In this document: one piece after another, positions 14,316 to 28,613 of the stretch
Numbering within the stretch: the stretch's first letter is position 1
Layout: each line of letters opens with the position of its first letter
Source of the DNA: Octopus vulgaris
Taxonomy: Eukaryota
NCBI GenBank assembly: GCA_951406725.2
Contig: OX597819.1
Location: 65,410,001 to 65,474,000 of the forward strand
Reading direction: 5' to 3'
Length of the DNA: 64,000 nucleotides
Program-made: the position numbers and the translations under genes
Notes under the pieces: generated by a model
Seen by the model: the letters and a program-made list of their open reading frames with translations, nothing else
Database searches by the model: none
Told to the model about the DNA's origin: nothing

Positions 14316-14530
14316 GAGCGACGAGCTACTAGAATCGTACTCCGGGTGAAATGCTTAGCTGTATTTCGCCTGCCGTTACGTTCTGAGTTCAAATTCCTCC
14401 GAGGTCGACTTTGCCTTTCATCCCTTTGGGGTCGATTAAATAAGTACCAGTTACGTATTGGGGAGGATGAAATCGACTTAATCCTGTGTCTGTCCTTATT
14501 TGTCGCCTCTATGGGGCAAAAAAAGAAGAA
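14316..14530 (+). mobile_element. SINE family 2 copy
   Basis: ttacgttctgagttcaaattcctccgaggtcgactttgcctttcatccc. Confidence 0.8.
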
Positions 14531-15194
14531 ATATCTGTAATAAGAATGTAAGTTAAGTTTTGACGCATGACCTGATAGTTAATGTCTTTGTGACTTGCCC
14601 TTACAATCATAAGATCGTAGTTACATTACATGGATATGGCTTTACGTTGATTTTTTGTGCACACCACTTCATCTCATATTTCTCTAGATCACTCAGCTAC
14701 AAAAGAGTTATCCTGCGATGGACAGTTGTTTTATAATGTAGAAATTGAAAAGAAAAATCAGCATAGCGTTGAAAATAGTATAAAGAGACAGGGTAGAAGT
14801 TTTAGAGAAAAGAGTCTAAATACAGTGATTTCATATATAGCAGTAGGAATAGAAATGAGAGGAAGAGAAAATTTGAAATCGAAAATACTTGAGGTTAGTT
14901 ACAGCCAATATTAACAGACTCACAAATAAAATCACGGAAATAGTTAAATGAATTATGATCTAGAACAATAAATATTACTGAAATTAATAATTAAAAGTAA
15001 GACAAATAATTTTCCTGAATATGAAATTTACAGTAACATTAGAAGACAGCTGCAAGACAGTTAGGTGGTTAACGACAAAGGAAGCAGAGAACTTTGTGAT
15101 ATTTTGGATCGGCATATATGAAGAGAAAGCCATGGCAATAATACTATAGAAATACTACAGAGAATGTCAGGAATATATACTCTTTATTCTCTTT

Positions 15195-15603
15195 TATTCT
15201 TTTACATGTTTCAGTCATTTGACTGTGGCCATGTTGGAGCACCACTTGTTAGTCGAGAAAAACGACCCCAGAACTTATTCTTTGTAAGCCTAGTACTTAT
15301 TCTATCGGTCCCTTTTGCCGAACCGCTAAGTTAGGGGGACGTAAACACACCAGCATTGGTTGTCAAGCGATATTGGCGGGACAAACACAGACACATAAAC
15401 ATACACACACACACATACATATACATATATAAATACATATATACGACGGGATTCTTTCAGTTTCTGTCTACGAAATCCACTCACGAGGCTTTGGTTGTCC
15501 CGAGACTATAGTAGAAGACACTTGCCCAATGTGCCACGCAGTGGGACTGACCCCCGGAACTATATGGTTCTTAAGCAAGCTACTTACCACACAGCCACTC
15601 CTA
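15195..15603 (-). mobile_element. Full-length SINE family 1 copy
   Basis: Reverse complement of the 48217-48620 type. Confidence 0.85.
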
Positions 15604-16344
15604 CCCCTATAGGAGGAATTGTAACAGAAATTCACAGAGTAGATGAAATAATTTATAAAATGAAAAGGGTACTCACAAAAATTCCAGAAAAGTGCAAAAT
15701 TCTTCCAGGTCAAAAGTTTGTGCCGTCAATATCATTGGAGGAAGATGATTATGTTGTTTTTAGAATTGATTTATCTTAATATGCAAAATACTATCTTTTA
15801 GTCCACACATGATATCAAGTGTTTTTATACTGACTTTAATACAACAGCTACTTTACCTTTAGCTACTTAGTCGCATTTTTCTATATTTGTGTCTATTAAG
15901 TCGGGAAGTTTGTTTGATTCCAAAAAGTGTCGCCATCATATAAAATACGTTTTTTGTAAAATTGGCGCAGGAGTTCAAAATTTTCTCTGCATAATTCAAG
16001 GAAGCCAATATGTCGAGGATTCTTCCTGGGTCAATTTACGGAGAATTCAATTGAAAAATGGTGAAATGCATCCAGTTGTAATGGATCTCTTCTTATTTCT
16101 ATTCTTCTTGCTGTTTCTCTTATTTATACAGTCTAACACACACACATACACGCACGCAAACACATATACCCACGCACACAGAAGCACACAGTAAACCTAT
16201 AAATATCTTCCTAACGTGTGCATCGAAGGCAGATGGATCTTCTACACTGAGAGAATATCGGAACAGTGTGTTTTTAATGGTCCTTACATTATTTTATATA
16301 TATTATATGCCTGAACACACATGGGCACCACACAAAAAACATAG

Positions 16345-16415
<71 letters not shown>

Positions 16416-16979
16416 CAAACAGACAGACAGACAGACAAGCAGGTTAACAGCAGCCAGATAAATCGATAGATAAATTGATAAATGGGTGACTATACACGCA
16501 GTCACCTACATAAACACACATACACACATTTATATTTAGATAGAGAGTTAGAGATAGAAAGTGATAGAAAGTTAAGGAGAGTTATCATGAAAAATACAGA
16601 GAGTGTGAGAAAAACGAATAAATATGACGAAGAATAAATATCTGTACTTAAGAGTTTCACATTTTGATAAGAAGCGTAAGTCTCAATTGGCACGATAAGT
16701 ATTTAAGAAACCTAGTAGACTTGTGAGAGGATGGGTCAAAAAAAAAAAGATTAGTTTCAGAATAAAATAATGTCGGAGATTAAAAAGTTAATATATATAT
16801 AATGGAATCAATACACTGAGCATAATTATAAGACATAATACCTGAAGCTGATGTAGATATACCTTAAAGGTAGCCATTAAGTAAATAGAGACAGGAAAAA
16901 TGTGCCAGAGAGAAAGAAGTTTTAAAAAAAAGAGAATAAGGAAAGAATAAATAACTGAAAGAATGAAAAACCAACAAAC

Positions 16980-17097
<118 letters not shown>

Positions 17098-17696
17098 TAC
17101 ATATATATATAAATACTGATTGTCCCAAAAGTTACTGATGGGTTTCAATTTTTAAATAAAGGCTTTAAATAAAATTATAATGATACAGTCTTAAACTAAT
17201 TTTGCCGGTAAATTTGAAACGTTTATATTAATTTAGCATTAGAATTCTTTAAGTTGTATAAAAATAGTTATTGTCTGCATCATTCGAAAGAGAAATAAAT
17301 TATGCATAAGGTGTAAAAGATAAAAATAATTTGTATGTTGTTTGTAACAAAATATTTTGTAAGAAATAGAACTCTTATCATCGGTCTTAAATTTATTTTC
17401 GCCAGTATATATATATAAATATATATATAAGATTTGTCTGTATTTAAACACAAAGTGGAGCGCCTTAACTAGACGCCTGGCATACTAGAAAGAACAGTCA
17501 AAAAGTCCAAACCACAGTTTAGAGCAATTTCGAAGGGAATAGAAAATAAAAACTTTTACCATGTTTTACAGCCGGACCTCGGGTTTCCAACTTTAATTAC
17601 CAAATAAAGTAATTTGCTAGGCGAAGTTCCCATCAGCGGATATGCCAAAACATTAACATATGAATTACAGACCACATAACACATGTCTCATCCTTA

Positions 17697-18018
17697 TCTA
17701 CCTATATAAAATAGGAAAAAGACTTGCACACTTTGGCTTTGGTAAGGATTCAATGGCACTAGACGTGCTAGGATCAAGCTGAAAATTTATACACTTATAG
17801 AAGGCGTGGTGTAGTTACGGCCAGAGTAGGTTTCAAGTTTCTATCTCGATAAGAAAGGCCCGAAATAATGCGAGTGAGTGGATGTCATACACTATTGCCT
17901 TGAGTTGTGTTCACGCAACATGTTGGATTCTACGCGTGACTGTGCGCGTATTTGCACGAAAGCAACGGAAAAATGGGCGAAAACACGTTCAATTTTAGGA
18001 GTTTTTCGAAAAACAAAA
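17697..18018 (+). mobile_element. 5' part of a non-autonomous Helitron-like element
   Basis: TCTACCTATATAAAA start followed by ctgaaaatttatacac, similar in style to the neighbouring elements. Confidence 0.5.
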
Positions 18019-18408
18019 TCTATATATATATAAATCTGAAGTTTTCCGTGTGTGGCAGGTTTGGTAGCCTTCAACTAACACTATCTCCTCCGAGACCCTG
18101 CGGTGCAAGTTGACCAAAGTTGAGAGTATGATAGAAGAAGGCTTGCTCTTCATTCCGAAGAAGATAAAATTGAAATCGGACCCTGTTAACACCAAAAATT
18201 ATTTGCATCAACAAGGTGCATTTTTCTATGAAAATCCTTATTTTTTAAGATTTTTTCATTGCTGCGTCGCCATTTTTCGGTGTATTTCAACCGGAAAATG
18301 TTCATTTAAAGAGAATAGCAAGCTACACAATGCAAAAGTTTTACTTTTCAAAAATTCCAATTTTAAAGGGTTGAAACAAACCTGAGTAACGCCGGGGGAT
18401 ACGGCTAG
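18019..18408 (+). mobile_element. Non-autonomous Helitron
   Basis: 5' TCTATATATATATAAA; 3' gagtaacgccgggggatacggCTAG|T. The same 3' end occurs in 46663-47168. Confidence 0.75.
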
Positions 18409-18961
18409 TATATATCTATAAAACAGTCCTTGGACGAAAATTGTATGCACATTTCGCTTTGACGGTTAATGGCGTCAAAAGAGAGGCTAGGGTCGAGCTT
18501 AAAATTGGCAGGGATACTAAATGCGTGGTGAGAATGAGACCCGCGAGGGTTAAAATTCGCAAGCTATAAAGATGTTGTTGCTATGGCAAAAAGAGTGATT
18601 TTTATCGATTCAAGAGGGCCCAGAGCTCCTCTAGGTTTGTGCGATTGGCTTGTAATGCCCAGCGGTATGCACTGCAGGCTGTAGTGCTTCATAAACATAC
18701 ATTTTGTCGCGAAATTCCGGCTACTAGGAAACGATTTTTCATTGTGAAAAAACGAGTGCTTTTTGCCCTCATTTTCTTTTTAATCTTTTCCATAAATCAA
18801 CTATCGTAAAACTTTTCTACCATGACCTCATATGTTCTATGTATGTGTGTGTACCTTAAGAGACGTGATTAGCCAGGGGTCCAATAGAATTGAGTGGACC
18901 GGCCGCTGGTTAAGATGTTCTTATAACTCAAACGTCCCTCACTCCCTACGATACGATCTAC

Positions 18962-19186
18962 ATGTTTAAGCGGCTTCAATTTCCTATCAAAACCTCCTTT
19001 GCAATGACAGTAAATGAAGCACAGGGTCAATCACTCCAAATGGTTGGTTTAAATCTCACAGAGCAAGTGTCCACCCACGGTCAACTTTACGTTGGATGCT
19101 CCCGTGTTGACAGGCCACAAAATCTATACATTTGTGCATCTGAAGGGAAAACGAGAAACGTTGCCTACAAAGAAGCGCTCTACTGA
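18962..19186 (+). pseudogene. C-terminal Pif1-like helicase fragment of a Helitron RepHel
   Basis: FKRLQFPIKTSFAMTVNEAQGQSL...HGQLYVGCSRV...TRNVAYKEAL* are the canonical Helitron helicase C-terminal motifs. Confidence 0.92.
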
Positions 19187-19404
19187 AAAGACGCATTTCT
19201 TCACATCTTTCTAATCCCCCCAGTCATCTGCCGCCTCAAAAGCTTTGTAGTCGCCGTGCCAGCCAACGTAACTCAATGACACACACCTTCACTTAAACGT
19301 ATTCGTTTAGATAACCAGTGAACTAAAGCCCCATATTCTGTAAACACACACATACACACACACAACACACACATAAATCTATGTATATGGTTGCTAAATC
19401 TCCT

Positions 19405-19690
19405 GGCTTAGTGGTTAGTGCATTCCACACGCTACCATCAGATCGTGAATTCAATTCCTAGCGGCGAGTTGTGACCTTGAATAAGTTACGCATTTTCACG
19501 TTCCTCCATTTCATTCAGGAGATAAAGACGAATTGTAGCTGAAAGTGGATGGGGCCAGCCTTGTCACATATCATGTGACGCTGGATCTCCCTCAAGGGTA
19601 CGCTTGTTTGTGGAGTGCTTAGCCTCCTACATGTTAATTTTCCTTGTTCGGATCAAGTGAAATCCACGTCGTCATAACAGAATTGGCAAT
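19405..19690 (+). mobile_element. Diverged tRNA-derived SINE (further family; similar copy at 26478-26745)
   Basis: tggcttagtggttag A box, gaattcaattcc B-box-like, ccttgaataag CORE-like segment. Confidence 0.55.
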
Positions 19691-19778
19691 TCAGAATACA
19701 GATTGATTTTCTAAAGATATACGCTTGCGTAAGTATAACCATAGAACACTAACAGATCACAATTTATAGTGTTCGAAG

Positions 19779-20003
19779 GGCGGCGAGCTGGCAGAAAGAT
19801 TAGCACGTCAGGCAAAATAATTAGCGGTATTTCGTCTGCCGTTACGCTCTGAGTTCAAACTCCGCCGAGATCGAATTCGCCTTTCATACTTTGAGGACTA
19901 TTAAATAAGTACCACTTACGCACTAGGTTCAATGTAATCGACTTAATCCGTTTGACTGTCCTTGTTTGTCTCCTCTATGTTTAGACCCCAGTGGGTAATA
20001 TAG

Positions 20004-20006
<3 letters not shown>
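19779..20006 (+). mobile_element. SINE family 2 copy
   Basis: ggcggcgagctggcagaaa head and family body. Confidence 0.85.
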
Positions 20007-20084
<78 letters not shown>

Positions 20085-20367
20085 CAACAATTGAGGGTAA
20101 AATTAATTAATTATTAATCAATTTCACCAAGTGTTCAGTATGCAAAGGGACCATTTAAGGCGAATTCAAATTAATTACATTATATAAAAGGGCTTAGTAA
20201 AATAAATTACTTTGCCGCATACTGAACTCATTAGAAATAGCAGCTAAAAAACTTTTTTAAAGCTATTTCTAATACTTAAAGAAAATCTCTCTCATATATA
20301 GTGTTTGCTTAATTCAACTCACAAAAGTTTGGGGGTAAGGACATCAAAAAATCAAATGCTAAGGTTA

Positions 20368-20423
20368 TTTGAGAACGTACGTTTCAAGATTAGTCAAAAC
20401 GACACTTCTATCATCAGCTCAAA
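20368..20423 (-). ncRNA. Type I hammerhead ribozyme, inverted copy
   Basis: Reverse complement of 20816-20871. Confidence 0.8.
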
Positions 20424-20815
20424 ACTCCTTGGTTTGGATTTGGAAACACTGAAAGTAAGAACATACCCTTTCGGCTTCTCATCGCTCTCGAAGATCTGCT
20501 CGTAACTAACAGTGCCAACAAACTCAAATAAGCAAGCGAAGAATTTCCGTTGATTAATTAATTGATTAATTAATTTTACCCTCAATTGTTGAAATTATAA
20601 TTAATCTCCCTCTAATTAATGCTTCGGATTTTACCGAAATAAGCATAGTGTTTGATGATTTTAACCCACGCTGGTGGAAAGGGGAGAACAGAAATTCTTC
20701 GCTTGCTTATTTGAGTTTGTTGGCACTGTTAGTTACGAGCAGATCTTCGAGAGCGATGAGAAGCCGAAAGGGTATGTTCTTACTTTCAGTGTTTCCAAAT
20801 CCAAACCAAGGAGTT

Positions 20816-20871
20816 TTTGAGCTGATGATAGAAGTGTCGTTTTGACTAATCTTGAAACGTACGTTCTCAAA
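20816..20871 (+). ncRNA. Type I hammerhead ribozyme
   Basis: tttgag-CTGATGA-taga..gtc(gtttt)gac..tctt-GAAAC-gtac-GTT-ctcaaa: canonical core, 6-bp stem I, palindromic stem III ACGTACGT, GUU site. Confidence 0.82.
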
Positions 20872-21052
20872 TAACCTTAGCATTTGATTTTTTGATGTCC
20901 TTACCCCCAAACTTTTGTGAGTTGAATTAAGCAAACACTATATATGAGAGAGATTTTCTTTAAGTATTAGAAATAGCTTTAAAAAAGTTTTTTAGCTGCT
21001 ATTTCTAATGAGTTCAGTATGCGGCAAAGTAATTTATTTTACTAAGCCCTTT

Positions 21053-21098
<46 letters not shown>

Positions 21099-21120
21099 AT
21101 CGTAAGCGTATTAATTATTT

Positions 21121-21726
21121 TCTACTCTAGGTACAAATCCCAAAATTTGGAGGCCAATCGATTATATTCATCCCAGTATGCAACTGGTGCTTAATTTATC
21201 GACCTCGGAAGGATGAAAGTGAAAGTCGACCTCGGTGGAATTTGAACTCAGAACGTGAAGACAGACGAAATACCGGTAAGCATTTTGCCTGGCGTGCTAA
21301 CATTTCTGCCAGCTCACCACATTAAAATAATATTTTATACTCAAGGCACGAAACCTGAAATTTTGGGGAGATGGGAGCCAGTCGATTCGATCGTCTCAAG
21401 TACGCAACTAGTGCTTAATTTATCGACCCCGAAAGGATGAAAGGCAAAGTCGACCTCGGCGGAGATTGAACTCAGAACATTAAGACAGACGAAATACCTG
21501 TTTCTTCACTACCCACAAGGAGCTAAGCTCAGAGAGGACGATCAAGAGCAGACAAACGGAATAAGTCGATTATATCGACCCCAGTGCGTAACTGGTACTT
21601 ATTTAATCGACCCCGAAAGGAGGAAAGGCAAAGTCGACCTTGGCGGAATTTGAACTCAGAACGTAACAGCAGATGAAATTTCGGTAAGCATTTCGACCGA
21701 CGTGCTATCGTTTCTGCTAGCTCACC
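21121..21726 (-). mobile_element. Tandem cluster of three SINE family 2 copies
   Basis: Repeated gaaaggatgaaaggcaaagtcgacctcggcggaatttgaactcagaacg. Confidence 0.85.
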
Positions 21727-23785
21727 GTATTTATTGCCAGCATCAAACATACCGAAGCACACTTCGAAAAATATATTCGTAGAAGACATTATAGAAAATT
21801 ACGCAAATACATAGAAATTGAATGCCGACTCATGTTTTTAAAGATCATTAACTGTAATTTTCTAATAAGTAGAATTACTTTTTTACTCTTGAAATATATT
21901 TACAATTGCTTTTCAGACTGTCTACTATGTTTAAATGAAATGAGTAAATAACTCAATTTCCGACGAAGACATATTGAAGCAGTCACAAACTTAATTAATA
22001 TATCAGATTATTCGCAAAACATCGAATAAAATCTAAACATCTTTATTTTTTCATTTAACATACAAGAACAATTTGGATTAATTTTCGCAAAAGAACTCTT
22101 ACAATATTCTCTTACTTGAGAACAGCACCTCACCATTTGATAGCTATCCGAGCATCATGTGAAATACTCCAGTTGGACTGATATATTCTATACAGTTCAC
22201 GCAATACTATGGAATATATGCCACTATTCATTCCATCATTCCATCATTCCATTTCGTTAGTATTACGTTAAACTGCATCCGGTAATAGGACCCCAATTCG
22301 GGAATTGAAGGATTTTGAGGAATGTAGATCCAAATCTTGGACAGCTATTGTTACCAGCTTTACAGAGGTGTGGACTTGTAGCACCTATCGGGGTCCTATC
22401 TATGGGTTAAACGGCATGTGACCACCTGAGTCAGGATGTGTTAAAATCATGGAATGCAGCATTGTGAATATGAAGTATTCTGACAAATGAATTGATTGAA
22501 TCAGTGGTGAATATCTCTAAATTTTGGGTAGGGAAACTTCAACGGCCAAGATCCAGAAGTTCACTTAGCGAACTACTGCTGTCATCGAGAGACATATCGT
22601 GCAGACATGGCGAAAGGCCTGTGTGGTTAAAGTCCAGTCCAAACGCTTATGCCACATCACTAGATCGGGACAACAGACGTGGAAGACTTGCATTCGTCTC
22701 GGTAAATCGCCGAATGAAATAATTATATGTTTCACAATTGCGTTTTCCAAGACCACAAAATTTCTCTGTTAGAAGAGACTGTATCGAGTTTAGCAGAACG
22801 TCTTATGTATAAAGAATAGAATACATACAAACACGTTCATTATGCGATTATATGTCGTGAAGAAGCATTACTAACGAATCAAACCACAGATGAAATTAAT
22901 AATCGAAGTTAACTCTTCAGATCACGAAATCCAAATATTTACGTGTGGATTATCTCCGGGTCCCTACTAGTTTGCAAGTTTAGCCACTCACAACAATTTT
23001 AATTTTCTTCATACCATCAAAAGTTTCAGGAATCATATGCTTTGTTTTGTTGAAATACAATTCTATATAAAATCTAATTTTTTTTCTTTTTGCAGAAAAT
23101 ATGTTTTCGGAGTCATTGACCTCCATAGCAATGGTCAGAAAAGTAAAGTGTTAATTCCTAGTCATTGTATTTAAAACGCAGAATCCTTGTCCTTGTATAT
23201 ATAACGCAAAAGTTATTGTTTTAATATGTGTTTGTAGTGAACGTTCTTTGTTACCAACACAACACTACAAGTCGGCGCACGTATGCCCGCCCGTTTTACA
23301 CGATATAACTATTCATAAGCAGCGACACAGGATTCCATTGCATTTTCCAAGTTTGAACCGGAACTTCTGTTCAAAACATAATTTGTTTCTACACAAGGCA
23401 CTTCTATTTTGACCAACTTTTAACCGGCGAGTCTTAGCGCAATTTGAGTAATTAAAGTTTTATATCAGAACCTACTTTGCAATAACTATGACAAAATCAT
23501 TTAAACATTGGTTTTGAGAATATGGCCTTTCTTAATTTATGCATTTATATGTCATACATTTCCGTACGCAGATATCTTTTTACACACGACAAAATATTAT
23601 TTGTCTTGGTTCATTTGTCTCTAGATCACAGTATCATTTTTAAAAAACAATTTTGAAACCTGTATACGTAGATGAATCTTGTGTCTTCACTTGGACAGTT
23701 CTACTAAAAGTATTTTCACTGAATTTGTTTCCCTGAAATCTTCCTCCTCACACTGTGGTAATATGCGTGTATTTGCATATATGTA

Positions 23786-23848
<63 letters not shown>

Positions 23849-23914
23849 ACATATATATACATATAAGTTGTAATTCTGAAACTAAAGGAGAAATAAAAAC
23901 ATTTATCCTTTTCA

Positions 23915-24010
23915 TCTTTGGACTATTCATAGTTTCGACACACTTAGGTAAACCAATTCAATTAAATTAAGTTAAATCTATTTACAACTGGCCTGTCTCA
24001 TCAGGAAAGA
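23915..24010 (-). ncRNA. Type I hammerhead ribozyme with a long loop 2
   Basis: tctttc-CTGATGA-gaca[~55 nt]tgtc-GAAAC-tatgaata-GTC-caaaga. The core is intact; the first stem I pair is mismatched in this copy. Confidence 0.75.
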
Positions 24011-24656
24011 AGCCAAGGAAAGTATATATCCACGAGGCGACAGCAGCGAAGCCTCGAGTCTATATAATCTTAATTTTCAAAATCCACCGTCACCGCGCCA
24101 TCTTCTCAGCAGCAAATATAAACTGCTGATACAATTTCAAAATTAGCCAAAAAATCATTAATTAATCAATATAAGGGTAGCAAAAAATTCAAGAAAAATT
24201 TCCCGCCATCAGAAGTCTAGTGAGAAAGAAAAATAGGCACAGACTATATAATATACATTCAACAATATTAAGGAATGGCCCTGATAGGCCATTCGACTCG
24301 CTAGAAAGAGCAGGCAAACTCAAACCGCTAAATAGTTGTAATTCTGAAACTAAAGGAGAAATAAAAACATTTATCCTTTTCATTTTTGGACTATGCATAG
24401 TTTCGACACACTTAGGTAAACCAATTCAATTAAATTAAACTAAATCTATTTACAACTGGCCTGTCTCATTTTTCTTGAATTTTTTGCTAAACTTATATTG
24501 ATTAATTAATGATTTTTTGGCTAATTTTGAAATTGTATCAGCAGTTTATATTTGCTGCTGAGAAGATGGCGCGGTGACGGTGGATTTTGAAAATTTAAAG
24601 TATATAGACTCGAGACTTCGCTGCTGTCGTCTCGTGGATATATACTTTCCTTGGCT

Positions 24657-24752
24657 TCTTTGCAGATGAGACATGCCAGTTGTAAATAGATTTAATTTAA
24701 TTTAATTGAATTGGTTTACCTAAGTGTGTCGAAACTATGCATAGTCCAAAGA
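24657..24752 (+). ncRNA. Hammerhead copy with a core mutation (CAGAUGA)
   Basis: tctttg-CAGATGA-gaca...tgtc-GAAAC-tatgcata-GTC-caaaga. Stem I and the palindromic stem III are perfect. Confidence 0.7.
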
Positions 24753-24969
24753 TGAAAAGGATAAATGTTTTTATTTCTCCTTTAGTTTCAGAATTACAAC
24801 TATTTAGCGGTTTGAGTTTGCCTGCTCTTTCTAGTGAGTTGAATGGCCTATCAGGGCCATTCCTTAATATTGTTGAATGTATATTATATAGTCTGTGACT
24901 GTTTTTCCTTTCTCACTAGACCGCTGGTGGCGAAAACTTTTTCTTGAATTTTTTGCTACCCTTATATTG

Positions 24970-25100
<131 letters not shown>

Positions 25101-26818
25101 TGTGTGTGTATACATACATTGATATACACACATGTGTGTGTGAGTCTGTGTACATGTATATTTATGTATATGTATAGTTTCTATAGTGAATTATTTATTA
25201 AACGAAGTCTACGTTTCAAATTTATCACATACTTTCATAAATATTTAATCTCCGCTTCAAGAAAATAATTAATAAATATTCATTATACCAAGTTGATCGG
25301 AAACGCTTATATTGGGTTCTTTTGTTACAGAATAAATACAAACGAAAATGTAACTGAAAATGACCAAGGCTGGGTGCATTCCTTCCAGCGTTGTCATTCT
25401 TAGAGTGATGTGTGAAGTCGAATTGTTCTCTGTAAACGTGATTACTTGTTCTCTGTAAACTGTCTTCAGTGAATTGATTTGTGAGAAGAGAAGTGTGACG
25501 ATGAAAGGACAGTGTAATAGAGGAGAAGTATGGAGGTAACCAGTTTACGGAGTGGATGAGTGTTGTAGGGAAAATTTATATGACAAAAGGAGACCGAGTT
25601 GGAGAAAGAAAAGAATGGTAGATCGAGAGACGTGGATAAAAGTACACAGACGATAGTGGGTGTGTGAGAGTGATAATGTAAAATTGAGGAAAATTTTACA
25701 GGCCATAAGTCTAAGTGAAAAAGTGGAATCATATAAAGATGAATATATTATAATATAAAGAATATAAAGATGAGAAACCCAAAACAGGCAAACGGCAGAT
25801 ATTATTACTAGGTTTGGCACGACTGAGTGCCCTAAATACAATTCTGTTCATGAGGGCATGGGTTGAAAACATCATTTGTAGATTTCACGAGGACACTTTG
25901 TGTTACTGTTGAGAAACGCTCCACAACTTTTCAAGAAATTTCACTTTTTCTTTTATATGACACAAAACAATCATTCAACAATCATATGTGACTTGTTTGA
26001 ACTTGTGATTGTAACTTAAATTTGGATCACAAAAAGAAATACGTGTTTCTTATGTCTGGTCTTCAATATTTCTCTGACATTTCCCTCTTTTCGCGTTATC
26101 ACACTCGGTCCTTCGATACGATTTCCACTTCGTACACAATGGCATTTCTATTGAATTGTCTGTTGTGGTGGGCATATACTGTTTGCTTCAAGCCCACTAA
26201 CTAAAATTTATGGCTAAACGATATGAAGCATTGAAGCTGTATCTATTTATTAATTTTCTGAAGGTAAGTATCGAGGGCGAAGCCTGTAAATAAATCTAAA
26301 GGAATTTCTACGTACACAAAACCTGAACGTTAAAAGAGAATGGGAAGTATGCTAAAGGATATTACGGTAGTGTTTTCTATTATTAAAGACATGGGAGATA
26401 TATACCCAACGCAGACCTTGAAACTGCTTCAAGCGCTTTAAACGTTCTTCTGCTCCTGTCGTTCTTTACTTCGCTAAGGCATGACCCAGTGGTTAGAATG
26501 GTGCACTTGCGATCGCGAGATAGTGGTTTCAAATCTCAGACCGGATGGTATGTTGTTTTCTTGAGCAAAACATTTCATCTCATATAACTCGTGGTACACT
26601 GTGCACCTGTTCAGGCAATGTTGATTTGATGGAGGGAGTGACCTAATGTAGAGCACATACACTTGATCACTGGAAATATATGATTTGTGCATGTCGTTCC
26701 GCAAAATGGCGAACACCCATACGTCATTTTCATTGGCAGGGTCCATCACACTCATATACCAACACACACACACATACGCGCACGCACACAGGCACACACA
26801 CACTCACATCACACACAT

Positions 26819-26853
<35 letters not shown>

Positions 26854-26874
26854 CATACAGAAAGAGAGAGGAAG

Positions 26875-26905
<31 letters not shown>

Positions 26906-26909
26906 AAAA

Positions 26910-26973
<64 letters not shown>

Positions 26974-27653
26974 ATAGTATGTGATGGAATCACAAGGACC
27001 TCATTGTAAGTCCCATACTTGGTGAGTGACGTTTGCGAAAAACGTGCTTTGCACTAGCGTAAACACTTACCCTCGTTCTAGAAAGTGAGGAATAACAACG
27101 GGGAAAAGTATGTATAGAGACTGATAAGGTAAGGGATGTGAAGTCATGTAACAGATCTATGTTCCAGCGATGTATGTATATGTATGAATATTGTCTGTGT
27201 ATGATTGTGTGTGAATATGTCTCTGTGTATGTATACACATCTAATAATATAAACTGATTTGATCACCTCGACAAATGGTGGATTTCGACTTTTAAGAAAT
27301 TACTATTTTGGTACGAATATTCTGGGAGTGTCGGTATATGAATATATTTAAACGAATGTACCTGAGAAAATTCATATGAACTGTGCAAGTGTGTGTGTAA
27401 GTGTGTTTGTGTGGGGTAAGGGGTGATGGTGCCGTTCTGAATGGTCATACGATGGATTATCCCTCCTTCTATATCAACCGAGCGTGAAATTCCAATAGTT
27501 TAGGCCACTCTGCTATGCACCTAAATACCTGTACTAAAACAAATACCATTGTCCTTAACAAAACAAGCTTCCTATCACTTTCACTTTCGCTATTCATTCC
27601 TCTCCATAATTCTTTAATATATTTATTTGTTTATTTATGTAATTCTATTTATT

Positions 27654-27738
<85 letters not shown>

Positions 27739-28495
27739 TTCTTTTCTCATATGATTTATCCATTTAGATTATTGTGGGTTAACCACCTAAATCTTTAGAA
27801 TACGAATCTTTGTAGTAAACATATTTTGTTTTGTTTTTAAAAATTTTGCTTTTCATTTTACTTTATTTTGTTACAAAATTTTTATTTAGCAAGTTGTGGT
27901 CGCTGTCTTAGTGCATTCTATATATAGTAATTCTATTATTTGTAAAGGATGAGGTCTACCGAATACAACTATTGTCTGTCACTATATAATGAAACTATTT
28001 GCTATTATATAACAGAGTTGGGTCTTTCACATGCCATGAAATGTTCTGATGCGTGCTCTGTTTGTTATTTTACATCAAACTTCTATGTATGATAGTTTGT
28101 ATATATTTACATATGTATATTTATGGTTGACGGATGTTGAAGCGTGGCTTATGAGACATATATTAATCTAGTTTAAACTGTTCTTTCAAGTTTTATTATA
28201 TTATATTGTGTTTGAAAATTTTGATAGGATATTTTTAAACTCCTTGTTACTGAATCTAATGTAGAATTTAATTCAGAATGATGGTATTGTGAAAGAAACA
28301 TCACTTCAGGGCTAAGCAATTTTGGCGTGTTTCTGAGAAATACAAAATATGTATTATGTGCGTGTTCTTTGAATGGATGTGTGTGTGTGTGCATTTGTGT
28401 CTATGTTACATGCGTGCGTAGGCATCGGACCTAATGCTTGTTGATGTGTGTATATATATGTATATATAAGCATATGTGTGTATATATATATATAC

Positions 28496-28613
<118 letters not shown>

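Larger units (their letters stand above)
20082..21060. mobile_element. Non-autonomous HHR-bearing element with head-to-head inverted arms, in (TA)n
   Basis: 20179-20547 is the reverse complement of 20691-21060 (one indel). 20082-20120 is the reverse complement of ~20550-20594. (TA)n lies on both sides. Confidence 0.9.

Noticed and set aside
17112-17235. CTGATGG...GAAACGTT in a TA-flanked insert
   Set aside because: Core mismatch, very long spacer and no clear stem I; at best a relic.
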